Part shown: positions 47,741 through 60,841 of the stretch, piece after piece | Position numbering within the stretch: position 1 is the first letter of the stretch | How the letters are laid out: each line of letters opens with the position of its first letter | NCBI GenBank assembly: GCA_030704615.1 | Contig: CM060732.1 | Span: 13,764,001-13,828,000, forward strand | DNA length: 64,000 nucleotides | Direction of reading: 5' to 3' | Source: Takakia lepidozioides | Taxonomy: Eukaryota > Plantae > Bryophyta | The notes under the pieces: generated by a model | What the model was told of the DNA's origin: nothing | Database searches by the model: none | Seen by the model: the letters and a program-made list of their open reading frames with translations, nothing else | Program-made: the position numbers and the translations under genes

Positions 47741-50700
47741 CTAATCTTCATCATCCTCATCTATGTCTGGGTCACTACATGTATCATTGTCTTCATCACA
47801 GACTTGATCTTGTCCAAGGGTTGGCTGAACATCATCACCACGTATACGGGGTGCTCGGAGGTACAAGGAGGCCACCTGCTCTGGAGTAACCGGTACCGCT
47901 CGGCTGCATGTTGGGCCATCAGTAACCAGAGTCTCCTCTAGTCTTTGTGGGGCTAACAATCCTTCCACTTCCGCCACATCATCATTATCAATTGATATGT
48001 GCAGACCACTCTACGTGCTCGGGGGCTCTTCTCCAGGACGACTTTCCACCCCCCGGCTCCTTCACACAATCAGAAAAAAACACTTGATCAACCTGGCCAG
48101 GAAACACAAAAGGTTGCTCAGAAGGTGGAAGCATACGGTTAAAATTGACAAGTGTGAAGCCAGCATCATCCTGCTTCATTGACATAGGTTGACGACCCAC
48201 GCGACTCGCCCGTACCCACGAACACAAAAACACTATAGGTTGTGTTTGGCCATAGTCAATTTGCAAAATCTCCCTTATAAGACCCACATATCTTGTAGGT
48301 TCCTCCATGTCATTGCCTGAATTGTTGGTAATGGGCTGGTGCTGGAAAACAGATGAGACTCCACAATCAAAAGACACCATACTTGTTGTGTTTCATGCCG
48401 GGGGATGTAACCCTGTAATGGTTACCATACGCTGTCACTCTTGAATGACAGGGCAGTAAATGATGGAGGCCTTGAAAGATCCAGTAATCCTCACGTGTTG
48501 TAGGATCAAGCCCATCTGATTGAATTGAGAGATGATCCCGTACACCTTGAGGGAGCCAAACAGCAAATGGAGGACAAGGATGCAAATCAAGGGTACTGAA
48601 TTGCCGTGGGATTGCTCATGCCTTCCAGCCCTTGCTCCTCACGAAACAAGCGTCGTCTGGCTTCTATCCGTGTGGACTCTGCTTCATATATCCTGTCACA
48701 ATCCGAGGGTCAGCCAGGAGATTGACAGAGGTGGCGTGGGAGATTTGAAAAGACGCCATATGCCAACTAATGATAAATGACTAAAACTTGGAAATCTGAA
48801 TGTCAATGAAGTAGATTTCTTACCCCAACATGACTGATAGACGAGGATGGTTCTGAATGATGTACTCATGTACAATATCACACAGGTCATTCAATTTTCG
48901 GGCTTTAGAACTTCCTTCCACAACTTCACGTTCCACAGATTCTGCCTCATCTGCATCCCACACCCTTCGTACACTTCCATCAAATCCTGCCATATACTCT
49001 GTGCAAAAACCCAATGCTTCTTCAAATTGGTATCCTTCTGCCATGCTCCCCTCGGGCCTTGCCATGTTTCTTACGTAGCCCTTCATATCTTTCATTGCCC
49101 GCTCCATGGGGTACATCCAACGAGATGCTACGGGCCCGCATAAGTACAACTCATCCACTAGGTGAACAACCAGATGTGTCATCACATCAAAAAATGATGG
49201 TGGGAACTCCTTCTCTATAAGACACAGAGTGAGAACTGCTTCAGTTCTCAATTCCTCATACTCTACAGGATTCACCACTTTTGCACACAACTTCTTAAAT
49301 ACACGACATACTCGCAAAATGGCCCTTCGAGGACCACTTGGCATGAGCCCACGGATAGCAAGCGGTATAATTTGCTGCATGAGCACATGATAGTCATGTG
49401 ATTTCATGCCAGACAACTTCTTCTTCACCACATGCTTTTTGAAAGCTGATGCGTAGCCTGTTGGCACTTTCAAGTTCTGCACAATCTCCAGAAAGACTTG
49501 TAACTCAGCCTCAGTGAGGACATAAGGGGCAGGAGGCATAATTAACGTATCTGCTCTGTCAGGATCACGTTGTAGCCACAATTCCGGGCGCATCCCAAGT
49601 AGCTCCAAATCACGGCGAACTTTCAATGTGTCTTTCTCACCAAAGATAGTTTTAATAATATTTTCAGCCAAGTTCTTCTCGCAATGCATTGCGTCAAACG
49701 TGTGGCGGATGAGGAGACCCTACAAAATGAACACATAAGCAATTGAGCATTTACTCATCACAATTTTAAACAGAAAACGCAAAAATGTACACAGCCAATT
49801 TAAAGGCCATGAAGGAATTACCTCCCAATAAGGTAAGACATATAAAATTGACAATCGCTTAACTCCATGAGTTTTTGCTGGGTCTGTCCTGCTATCTGGC
49901 GTCCCTCCGTTTTCCACCCATGCAGTGCGAGCTGTTGCAAGGTCCTTGATTTGTGTTCCAGTCTGCGTTTTTGGAGAGTTCCATGCTCAGTAGCGCCATT
50001 GAACATTCTTGACCTTCTATATGGATGATTGCGGCCAAAAATCTTCGGTGGCCTAGGAAAACAATTTTTCCACATGTGTGTAACTGCTGTGAAGTCACCC
50101 GGGTCCACAAGCTGGACAACCAGCATAACCTTTCGTCTTGACCTGAGAGCAAGCCATATGCAGGGTAGTCATGGATTGACCACATCAACACTGCCCTCAG
50201 TGTGAATTCGCGTTGACCACGAGGACGGGAAACATCATGAGCTGCAATCCCTCTCATAGTTCCAATAGCTCTTCCACTAGGGGCATCAGGTAAACATCTA
50301 CGTTGTCGAGGTAACAGACTCCTTACCAGGAATCAGTAGCGCTAACATGACAAAGAACTTTTTGGTCATTAACCACGGAGGCAGATTGTAATTGACCAAG
50401 AGAACGGGCCATGTGCTCCAACTTGTGGATTGAGCTCCGTAGGGATTTACACCGTCTAAGGCCAATCCAAATCGCAGAGATCGTGGCTCTGCAGCAAAAT
50501 CCGCAAATGTGGTGTCAATGTGTCTCCATGCTTTGCTATCAGCTGGATGTCGAACCAACCCATCCTGGCTCTTATGTCTGTCGTGCCATGTCATGAGGTT
50601 AGCGATCGATTTACATCGGTACATACGTTTCAACCTTGGAATGACAGGGAAGTGTCGCAATACTTTCTTGGGCACACTTCCACGACCTGGAATGTAACGG

Positions 50701-51878
50701 GAACTGCGGCACACTGGGCAAATGTCTACATTCTCATACTCCCCACGGAAGAGTACAACCACGCTCACAGGCATGAATCATCGTGTACTGCAATCCCATC
50801 TTGGCAATCATGGTTTTTGCTTCATAGTGAGTTTTCGGCAATGAATTCTCTTTAGGCAAAAAACTCTTACGCAACAATCCCAGAAGCTCATCCACAAATG
50901 CATTGGTGCACTTGTGGTAGTGCATGCGTTCAGCAACGTCAAAGTTGCTTGCAGCCGGCTGATGGAGCACCCTTCAAAAAGGGACATTGCGACTGTCGGA
51001 AGAGTTTATCATACTCGGGATCAACGTGCAGGTGAGCATTCTCATCAAATTCATTGTCTCCGGAATCGTCGAGATCATCGTCATGATCGGCAAATGTGTG
51101 ATCGGTTCCACATGAATGGGGTCCTCTCTGTTTGCATCTGCAAAGAGAACGCTTCCTGCAATGCACGCTGCATTTCTACCTCCAATCCACCACTCTCATC
51201 TGCGTTCTCTGTGACATTGGGCTCCCGCTGTGCCGCAGGGCCTTCGTCTTCATCATCTGAATATTCACATCCCTGCATCCCAATAGTCATCTTGTGAGTG
51301 GACCAACAACGATGTGACACTTGTTCATATTATGACATAGGAGCACGGTGACGTTGCAGTGATGCAGTCATATTTACGTATGTATCTTATGAATATACAC
51401 CCAATCAAAACACGACATTTGTAACCATTGAAGTCATAGTTGCAGTCACTTACTTAGTCATATATGACTACATGACTACACATGACCAATGAAAACACGA
51501 CATGTGCATTAATTAAAGTGATAACGGAAGTGGCGTAGTCATAGTCACGTCTGTATCTTATGACTTCTTGACTACAATCACCCAACGAAATGTCGACATG
51601 TGGAGAAGAGGATCGTTGCATTCAAAATTCAAACTAAAGTGCTGAAGGGAAAGTGGCGATCTTACCGGAAGAGAACAGCGTTGGAGAAGAGGATCCCTCC
51701 CGTGTATCATGTAATGATTCCTCACTGTTTCCAACAACAGTACTTTTCCTCCATGACACACATCGCAGTTGCATAGCATTTTTGTATGCCCATTCCTTGT
51801 GGCATAAGCTTCTTCCATTCGCCATAGACGGTCATCTATTCTACGCCTACGCATCCGTTCGCCACCTGCACTGTACAT
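47741..51878 (-). pseudogene. CACTA TnpD/TNP2-like transposase (spliced, frameshifted)
   Basis: Transposase-associated CNCDVC..HYMIHG; Transposase_21-like RFGLALDGVNPY, STWPV..YNLPPW, HDYPAYG; DAMHCEKN, MKSHDYH, FFDVMTHL, RWMYPMER; DUF4216-like EQPFVFPGQVDQVFF. Confidence 0.92.
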
Positions 51879-52439
51879 GCTTTGAACGTCACCCCTTCCC
51901 TCTTTGCATGCTACGCACAGTGCATTGTCTCTAGTTTTGCACCAGCTGCCAATGTGCTATTTCTATATCTATAGTATACTATAAGTATCGTTTCTGAGTG
52001 TCCATGGTGAAGCGGAAGGTCTTCGAAGTGACAGTCCCTCTCACTGAGTACGAGAAGTTCCGAGAGCGCCGGATTGCTGCCATAAAGGAGGTGGAAGCAA
52101 CGTTCAAGCAGTCGATAGATGGGTGAGTTTAGTTCCTGACTTTGGATACCCACCCACTAAACTTGCGATTCGCCTTATCCTCTAACCTTCCTACAGCGAT
52201 CATAAGCTTCATAGCACAAATGGGGGCGAGTAGCTGCGACTTGTACAAACAGAGAGGCAAACAACATGCAGTGAGTGACGATTAGGTTTGAGGAGGGTGT
52301 GTCATTAGGCGGGAGATGTCCGCCGTCATTCGTGGGCAGCCATTACGTCCTGGTAGGGTGCGGCTGTGGTTCAGCGTAGGCTTAAGAGTATTAGGGTATG
52401 TATGCTTGCATTTGTTTGTGATTGTTTGAGAGGGAGGTC

Positions 52440-55400
52440 ATGGAGGTGTTTGTGCAGGCTTGCGGGAGCGAATCGCCCTCGCAAGCCACGCGCTCCGAAG
52501 GAAAAGCTAGGGATCAAGGTCCTGCAAGGCAAAGTGCCAGACTGAAGACGATGAAGACTACGATTCTGCATGAGGGCTCTTCTGAGGACGATGAGGACGA
52601 TCCACTCCTCCCACGCCAGTGCGAGGCGAGTGCGTCGTCGGCGGATGCCACGGCAAGCCGAGGAGAACATGCCCATGCTCATGTCGCAGGACAAAAACGC
52701 CCATCATCTACACTACGAACACCTTCTCCGTCTGTGAGTTATAGTTCTTCACAATGACCATGATTCAATTATGTATGTTTTTGGTAAAATCACGAAGAGA
52801 TAGGGTATGGGTAGGGTATGTCTGTCAAGACAGGAAGTTGGACAATGCAGGGGTCAGCCAAGGCACAATCACAAATGATTTCCACTAGACAAGTTGAAGT
52901 GCCAAAGGCATGATGTCAGGCCAATGTAGACTTCAGGTGTGTTCAAATTCTTTGCCCCATGAAACCAACGTCCTGGTACTAAGCTACAATGGCTACTTAT
53001 AGAGATACTTGGGTTACTTATGCACCCAGAATATCAGTAAAACTTGGAGGGATACTTCTCATGGACCCATCAGGTTTGTCCATTTGAATTCTTGCTATGG
53101 ATTTCAGGAACACCCCATACCTAAGAGGGCTCAAAATGTACTGGGAGGACATCATTGGGGCCAATCAAATTTGGGAGATTTACTGCCCAAGATCATACTG
53201 AGTTTTGGGTAATCTTGTCTTTACAAATGATATGTGCTTCCAGTTTGTTTTTGAATTCAAGGATTTGCTGCTTGCTGCCTATATGTATGTGTAATCACCC
53301 ACATTGTACTGGGGGAATTTCTTTTCAGGGCAAGCACAAGCGCACTGGATCCACGATCCCTGCTGCTAGCAATGGAGATGGCGCCCACAAGAACGCAGGA
53401 GGTGGCCCTAACTCTCCCACGTTGTGGGTTCTGTGCCACCAGTACCCCCACTTATTATGGTATGCCTCAGTACCCACAGTGGCACTCAGTATGGTCAGGG
53501 TCAATATGGTGCTCCTCCATATGGGCAGTATGGCCAGTATCCTCCTCCACCATATTTGCCACCCCTAATAGCTATGGGGGTGGCAGGCCACCGGAATATC
53601 CTCCTGCTTATGGACAGTATGGCCAGTATGGTCCTCGGCCTTCTGGCCAACAACCATGGCCACCAGTCCCTACTTGGCAGGATCCTGCTTTGAATTCTCC
53701 TGAGCGCACGGAGGTCTCTGAAGGAGGGAGGGTGCCGTTTCAAAGAATGATAGAACCAATGCTTTAAGGAGGGCTAATAGCTCAGCCAAAATTGAAGCTG
53801 CCAAGGTGAAGGAAGAGAGAATAGCTGCAGGTCTTCCTCCCACGGTGATTTTGACGAACCTCAAAGGAGCCCCGTATGGTCAGACCCGGAATGTATGGCA
53901 CGCTGCCCTTAAAGGACAGGCTTATCGCAAGCTAGATTGTTCCCTTGCCATCAACAACCAACCTGATGAAGTTGTATACGAAATCAGAGATCACCTGGCT
54001 AAGCTATTTTCTATACGCCACACAAGTTAAAAGACTTCCACCTAAAACAAACAATTGGCAGAATAATGAAGAGCCAGCGTTATGAAGCACACACGCGTGG
54101 TTGGGTGGTAAGGGGAAACCCATTACTGTATCTGACGAGGTATGGAACAAGCTTGTAAGTTACTGGCAGACAGAGGTGTTCCACAAAGTGTCGGGCAACA
54201 TGAAGAAGGCAAATGGTGCAATTCTGAATCCTACCAAGACTGGCCGTGGTGGGAAGGCAATGGTGGAAGCACGCTTGGTAAGTGGCATCATCACGACTCT
54301 GTATTTTGTTCCTCATTGAATTGCTATGTGTATATAGTCAGCCCTCACATTGCTTACTGACTTGTGGCATGGGTTTGTTTGTGGCATGGATTAATTTGTA
54401 GGAAACACTATCAGGGTGCCCTCCTACATTATATGAAATTCAAGAGGGTTCAGTGTCACGGTTGTCAGCTGGGAGTGACAGGCGGGTAAGTGTGTTTTCC
54501 ACGTTTGCTAGAGTGGTTGCTGCATCATAGGTTGCTAGGGTTTTTTTTCACGGCTTTTGGCCTGGGTTTTTCTTTCCAATGGTTGTTCATGCTAGGTTTT
54601 TTGGTTGTTGGTTTGATTCATACTTGGGCAAGTTTTCATGGATTGGCAGGAGGGAAGTCTCGCATATTCTACAGTAGTTGGCAGGATGGATGGCTTGGAC
54701 AAACTGGTGGAATCACAAGGACGTGACATGGCAGAATTAAAATTACAGATGCAGAGTATGATTGAGTACCAGAAAGCCATTGTGACCAGATTGGGGATTA
54801 ATCTACCAGGCGCAGGACCAGTGACATCTACGATGGATACGTCTGCTGTGACAGTATCAAAATGTTTTGGAATCCCAATTTCAGACGGTAACTGGTGCTC
54901 ACTCTAAACCCTTATGTCTTCCTGTCACTGATGATCTTTTGAATTTGACCGAGCAGCAGCAGGATACAGGGAAGGCCAGCTGTGAGGTACACGTGGAAAT
55001 TCAGCCCTTGCCACGTACAAAGGCAGTAGCAGTCCAGGGGCAATGGTGACAGAGCCGCCGGGCACACCGGATTCTGGTATGCAGGTATGTGGGAGTTTAA
55101 ATGGGGAGGAAGATGCAGACGGGGACAAAACAAACAAGCAGGTTGCTTTAATTTCTCCTGCTCACATGTTGAAGCCAAATGTCAGTTTACTTCCTGGACC
55201 AACGAGGAAGCATTTACTAATTCTGGACTTAAATGGTCTGTTATGTGAATCTTTTCATTCTGCTAATGGGCCTGCATCCCTTCCCAAAGGTTTTGTGGGG
55301 AAGATGTGTGGCAAGAAGATGGTAGTTTTGAGACCACGCTGTTATGACTTTTTGCAAAAGTGTTTTGAACACTTTGAGGTGGCGGTGTGGTCTTGTTGCC

Positions 55401-55750
55401 AAGCTCGCAACTTCTTCCCAATGGTGGACTATATTTTTGCAGCCCACACTAACCTGGTTTTCCAGTGGGATGCCCTTCACTGTGACGAGGATCCAGTCCT
55501 CCCATGCCGTAAGGGGTCTGATTCAAAGCCATTATATTTCAAGAACTTGTCTACAGTGTGGGCAGACTGGCCAGAATGGACTTATGAGGACACTGTTCTT
55601 GTTGACGACACACCAAGAAAGGCGCAAACAATCCTCCCTTCAGTGGGATTTTTCCAGAGCCATGGAAGGTGCAACCAGATTCACAACTGATGAGTATCTA
55701 ACAGAGGTGTTGTGGCTTTCTTGTGGAAGGCATCGAAAGCTGCCAGTATT
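52440..55750 (+). pseudogene. CACTA second gene (TnpA/ORF2-like) with C-terminal NIF/FCP1-type HAD phosphatase-like domain
   Basis: Multi-exon; VSDEVWNKLVSYW..GRGG; LLILDLNGLL, LRPRCYDFLQKCFEHFEVAVWS, FKNLSTVW, TVLVDDTPRKA. Confidence 0.7.
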
Positions 55751-56789
55751 CCCAAGTTTTTGGAGTCTCAGCCTGTTTTCGGACAACAACCATACAACAC
55801 TGCTACTGTGAAGGTACAAACATTCTGACAGTGCTCCAGAGGCTACAATTTTGTGGGTTCATTCATTGCATTGCTTTCCTGGATGCTTCTCCTCGGTTGC
55901 TTGATTAATGCTAGGTTTTCTTTGCAGCTTTTCATGTTGGCTTTTTTTGTTTGATTCATACTTGGATTTTGTTTCTATTCACTATTCCTGTTTGCTCATT
56001 GCTTTCATGGTTGTTCTCTGGTCTGTGACACAGGAACTTGTGACAAACAAAGGTGTTTGTGGTGGGTTACGGGTACCCTGCTGTGCCCCTTGATTATGCC
56101 TGTGTGTATCAAAGAGGCATGTGTCATAACACCCCTCTACCATATGTGAATGGTGTTAGGAAACAAACCGAGTTGGGGCAGGTGGTTGGCCAGACAACAC
56201 TTTGGAGTCTAAAGTTACTGAAACTTATGGAGCTGCGGAAGGGATAGTCAGTATTGCATTGTTTAACAGAGTTCTTGATTCTAATAGCACTAGAACATAC
56301 TAGCTACAACAATTCAGCCCATGTGTGGGCTTGCTTGTTTTTGGCTGGGCCTTTTGAGGCATGGATTTTTTGACCTTGTGGCTTTTGAGGTGTCCATTGG
56401 GACATTGGTCTCATTTGGATTTTTGTAATGTGATTTATAGGGCTTGTATTGCCGTGTAGTTGACTATTTTCATTCTCCTTGTGGTTGATAGTATGCAGGA
56501 GGGATCCATTCTGTTTTCATGTTGGAATTTCACCATGTAATGAAGATTTTAAATCATTTAATTCACTTTCATTTTAAATAATAATACCATTAAAAAAAAT
56601 CCAAGGCTGCAATCTCCTTGTTCTTTTAAATATTAAATGAAAACTAAAAAATAAAATATGAACATTAAAAATATAAACTTTCGGAAAACAATCTTGATGA
56701 CACGTGGCATCACTCTTGCTCAAACCATAACACGTGGCAGTATATGACACGACATTCTTTATCCATATTTTCACCACGTGTAAAGATCC

Positions 56790-57380
56790 GTAGTCATATA
56801 TGCTAGTCATATATTTGTCTGTCTGTCACATCTCAAGTGCAACAGGTATCCCGCTAACAACTCTCCATGTAGACATCCCTGTAGTCATATGAGCGAGTCA
56901 TGTAGTCACCACGTGTGAAATGTGCCATAGCACACGTGTCTCGCTAGTGCCTCTCCATGTAGGCATCACTGTGCAGACATGTAGTCATATGATCATGGCA
57001 AGAAGTCGTAACATGTCAAATTCGCAGTGGCGCACGTGTCCATCCGTCGCCTCTCCATGTAGGCATCACTTTGCAGACATATAGTCATATGATCCCCTGA
57101 CGAATGCATGACGTGTCGCTTGCGCAGTGGCGCACGTGTCCCGCTGAAGCCTCTCCATGTAGGCAGCGCTCAACAGACAATGTAGTCATATATTAGTCAT
57201 ATAGTTGTGACTGCAACCCTCTCTGCAGCAGGACTTCAGGTGCCACGCAAGCAGTCACGGATATTACTTGCAAAATGCAGTCCTAAAGACTACTCGCTAT
57301 GACAGGGTTTTTTTCACTACAGAGTGATGTAGTCATGAACGCATATAAGACTGAAAAAATAGTCATATGTGAAGTCATAA
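56790..57380. repeat. CACTA right subterminal repeats
   Basis: Many GTAGTCAT motifs and ~100-bp tandem units with CACGTGTC..CTCTCCATGTAGG. Confidence 0.85.
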
Positions 57381-57939
57381 AAACGCTCATCTGTTGTAGT
57401 GACAGATGCAGCAGGTGCTTGTTAACTCACATTAAACCCCCTTGTAATCAATGTTGCATTGACGCGAGGTTGATCCCCGAACTTCCCAAAAGACTATCTA
57501 GAAGACACGAAACACTAAGCAAGACAGAGATTTATCTCCCGAAAGAGGCGATTGACATCCATAGCATAATCAAGGTTGCGTTAACACAAGCTTGATTGTG
57601 TACAACACAACAAAGAACAACAGGGCCAACAACCATACAAAATGCCAAAAACAGTCTTGAAAAAAGGATGCTTTCATTTCTCGATCAAGGTTGCATCAAC
57701 GCAAGGTTGATTTGCATCCCCCCCCCCCCCAAAATAATAATAATAATAATGATAAATAAAAAAAATCTTCAAAAAAATATGTTCTCTTTGCAGTTCCTGG
57801 CCTCCCACGCTGTGTACTAGATATTGCATGAGTACTCTGGTGAAGTTTTCAGGAACTGAGGCAATCTTGGTTGACTGGACACTTTTAAGTGTTCAAATGA
57901 AATACTAATTTACGTTTGGGTACGATGATGGCGGGTCAG

Positions 57940-58165
57940 GGCTATAAGAACGTAATGGCAAATTGCACAAGCAATGCGAATCTCTTGACCGAAGCTCTTA
58001 CCAACACGGGCAAATTCAAAATCCTTTCCAAACCAATGGGTGTCCCTCTTGTTGCCTTCTCATTGAAAGATAGGAGTAAGTATGACGAGTATGAAATCTC
58101 TGGTGCCTTGCGGAGGCATGGGTGGATCGTTCCAGCCTACACCATGGCCCCTAACGCTCAGCAAG
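57940..58165 (+). pseudogene. GAD: Isolated glutamate decarboxylase exon
   Basis: AG|[38 protein letters not shown]; no other GAD exons recognised. Confidence 0.85.
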
Positions 58166-59361
58166 CTTGGCCAATGCAGTACTGCTTCTTTAAATTCTCA
58201 GTCAGTAAATTTGTAATACCTTAGGGACACATTTTAGCATGTATATGTTACTCATGTCGGGTACTGGGCTCTTTCAAACAGGAATCTATCATTCTCATTA
58301 TGTAGAGAGGACCTGTCACAACACCCATATGCTATTGTGATGGTTAGCTTATGATGACCACAAGACTTGGAGGCCAACACTTTCTCACTTGCCATCACCA
58401 AGATTGAAGCACTCAGAACTGATAAATTGTTGTTATTCCATTGTTGCCAAACAACAATCTGTGATGTTGATTCCCTTCATACATTTTGCGTTTTGGCGGT
58501 GGGTAGGTGACACAGTTGGCAACAATTGCACAGAAGTACCAAACATCTGCAACCCAGAATGGAGGGGTGAGCCTTTCACTTCAAGAAATGCAAACCAATT
58601 GCCATCTGTAAGTGCCCAAACATGGCCAGTGACGGTTGTACCCCATAAACTGTGATGCTTTGCCTTAATAAGCTGTTGTGGCATTTTGGTTACACGACAC
58701 CTTCCTTCAAGATGTTGACTGTCTAGTGTATTATGGAACTGTCATAGCTCCTGCACAAGCATTGGTGTGATCTTTACTTAGGATTGGTAGACCTGATCAC
58801 CATAGTGGTAAGTAATTTGATGTGACCGCTCATCCCTACAGTAACACCACCACATCCAGTCAGGTTGCAAGGCATCTGAGCACAAGAGGGACTAGAGAAA
58901 CACGCTTGCTTGCACATACAATCTAACTTGCAGAATGAGGCCCTGTGGATGAAGATTTGTTAGAAGTGCTCGGCAACTTGCAAGAAACTTGGAGGTCCCC
59001 ACAATTAATGACTTGGGCTATACCAAGCGTTATGTTCGCTGTCTGCAGGTACACATGTCACATATTTGCAATCAAAGTTGACAAAAATTTGCTGGTAGCC
59101 CAATGTAATCACCTTTGCCTTTACATCTGCTGACTTGGCTTCAAATTGATGCAAGAAATAACTGCAATGTTCCTAAAATCTCTTCTATTGTAAGTGCACA
59201 GGCTAGCTCCATCCTCACATTGTATACACATGATTGAGTGGCAGCAAGTGAATAGAAATAGGTAAATGATTTGTTTCATTTCTAGGAGTATTAATATTGT
59301 CTATCATTGCCTTGAGTGAACTATCCAATGGGGGAGTGGTTGACCCTTAGCTTCATGTGCA

Positions 59362-59510
59362 GATATCAGAAGAAGGGCAAAGAGGTCCATGGTTGCATCA
59401 TCAAAGCTGGAATTGTGGCAAATGTCATTCTGAACAATACCCTTGTGGACATGTATGCCAAATGTAGGTGCTTTGAGGATGCAAAGCGAGTGTTTGAGAA
59501 AGTGGTCCGT
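59362..59510 (+). pseudogene. PLS-class PPR gene fragment
   Basis: GKEVHGCIIKAGIVANVILNNTLVDMYAKCRCFEDAKRVFEKV. Confidence 0.8.
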
Positions 59511-60279
59511 GAAATCCCCCATGGGTCATGACACAAGGTCAAGGACAATGTGGTGAGGGCACCTTCTTCTTCAGCCTATTCAAGCCTGTTTTTCCCTCTC
59601 ATCAGACTCGTCCCTGAATGTGCATGTTGAATTCTGTACTTTAGCTCGTTGGGTGGATTTGCATGGGTAGATGGTCAATTTGAAACAGCAGCGGCAGAAG
59701 CACAATTGATAGAACCAGGCACCACTAACGAAGGTACCTTCTTCAACACATTTGAGCCTGTTTTCCCTGTTATCAGAGTCGTCCCTAATTTTTCATGTTG
59801 AATTCTGCAAGTTAGCTGGTTGAGTGAACCTAGTTTGGAGTGACTTTGACATGATACTGCCAATGTGACAACAGGAAAGTGGGGGGTTGCAATTCCATGA
59901 GCTCATGAGCTCATGAGCGGGCATGCATGAGCCCTGAGCCGCCAAGTAACACACTATGAATAATGGCAAGTTTTTTTCGGGTAAAAAACGATAAAATAAT
60001 CGAAAGTAGTATAAGAAGAGTAGGTTTTCGAAGATTTATGCGCTCATGCTGGAACTACTCCGCTCATACGTACCAGTATCCGCTCATGACGTCGAGCCCA
60101 AGCTCATATACCGCCAGCCCCGGTCATGGAAAAACTAAATTCTGGCCAATAACGGCACCAAAATTATCCCACAGCAAGGGACGTGCGCGGAATTACGATC
60201 GGGGTTTGCAGACTCCGAAGACGCAATGAAGAACTGTAACAGTGGATAGTACTATTGCAGCCTGCAGGATGGTTGGGGA

Positions 60280-60630
60280 TAACGGCGCAGAAATTGGGCA
60301 CCGGAAAGGAAATAGCCAGCTGAAGGCTCCAAAGTGAAGCCAATTACGGCGCCAAAATTGGGCACCGGAAAAGAAATAGCCGGCTTAGGCTCCGGAGTGA
60401 AGCCAATAACGGCGCCGAAATTGGGCATCAGAAAAGAAATAGCCGGCTGAGGCTCTGAAGGGAAGCCAATAATGGCGCCGAAATTGGGCACCGGAAACCA
60501 AATACCCGAGTGAAGCCTCCGGAGTGCAGCCAATAACGGCGCCGAAATTGGGCTTCGAAAAACAAATACCCGGCTCAAGGCTCCGGAGTGAAGCCAATAA
60601 CGACGCCGAAATACAGGACAAGGCCGAAAA
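60280..60630. repeat. E3 left array, ~63-bp unit, about 6 copies
   Basis: GCCAATAACGGCGCCGAAATTGGGCACCGGAAA..GGCTCCGGAGTGAA repeated. Confidence 0.92.
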
Positions 60631-60841
60631 CTACCAGATGCAAACTGTCCTGAAACTGGTGCGGATTTGTCTAATAAAAGCACACATGTGGGAGGAAATT
60701 CAAGTTCTTCCGCATACGACACTGGCAGTGCAGCAATGATATATCCCCTGTTCCGCTGGCCTCACTCCCATTTTACTCTTCTCTCTTCTCTTCTGTGCCC
60801 ATCTCCTCTCTGCTCTATGTTCTTGTTGTGTCGCGAGGCCA

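Larger units (their letters stand above)
38200..57401. mobile_element. Complete CACTA (En/Spm) DNA transposon
   Basis: 31-bp TIRs (28/31 match) CACTACAAGAGATGAGCGTTTTTAGGACTAC at 38200-38230 and reverse complement at 57371-57401; 3-bp TSD ACA; ATGACTAC/GTAGTCAT subterminal motifs. Confidence 0.95.
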
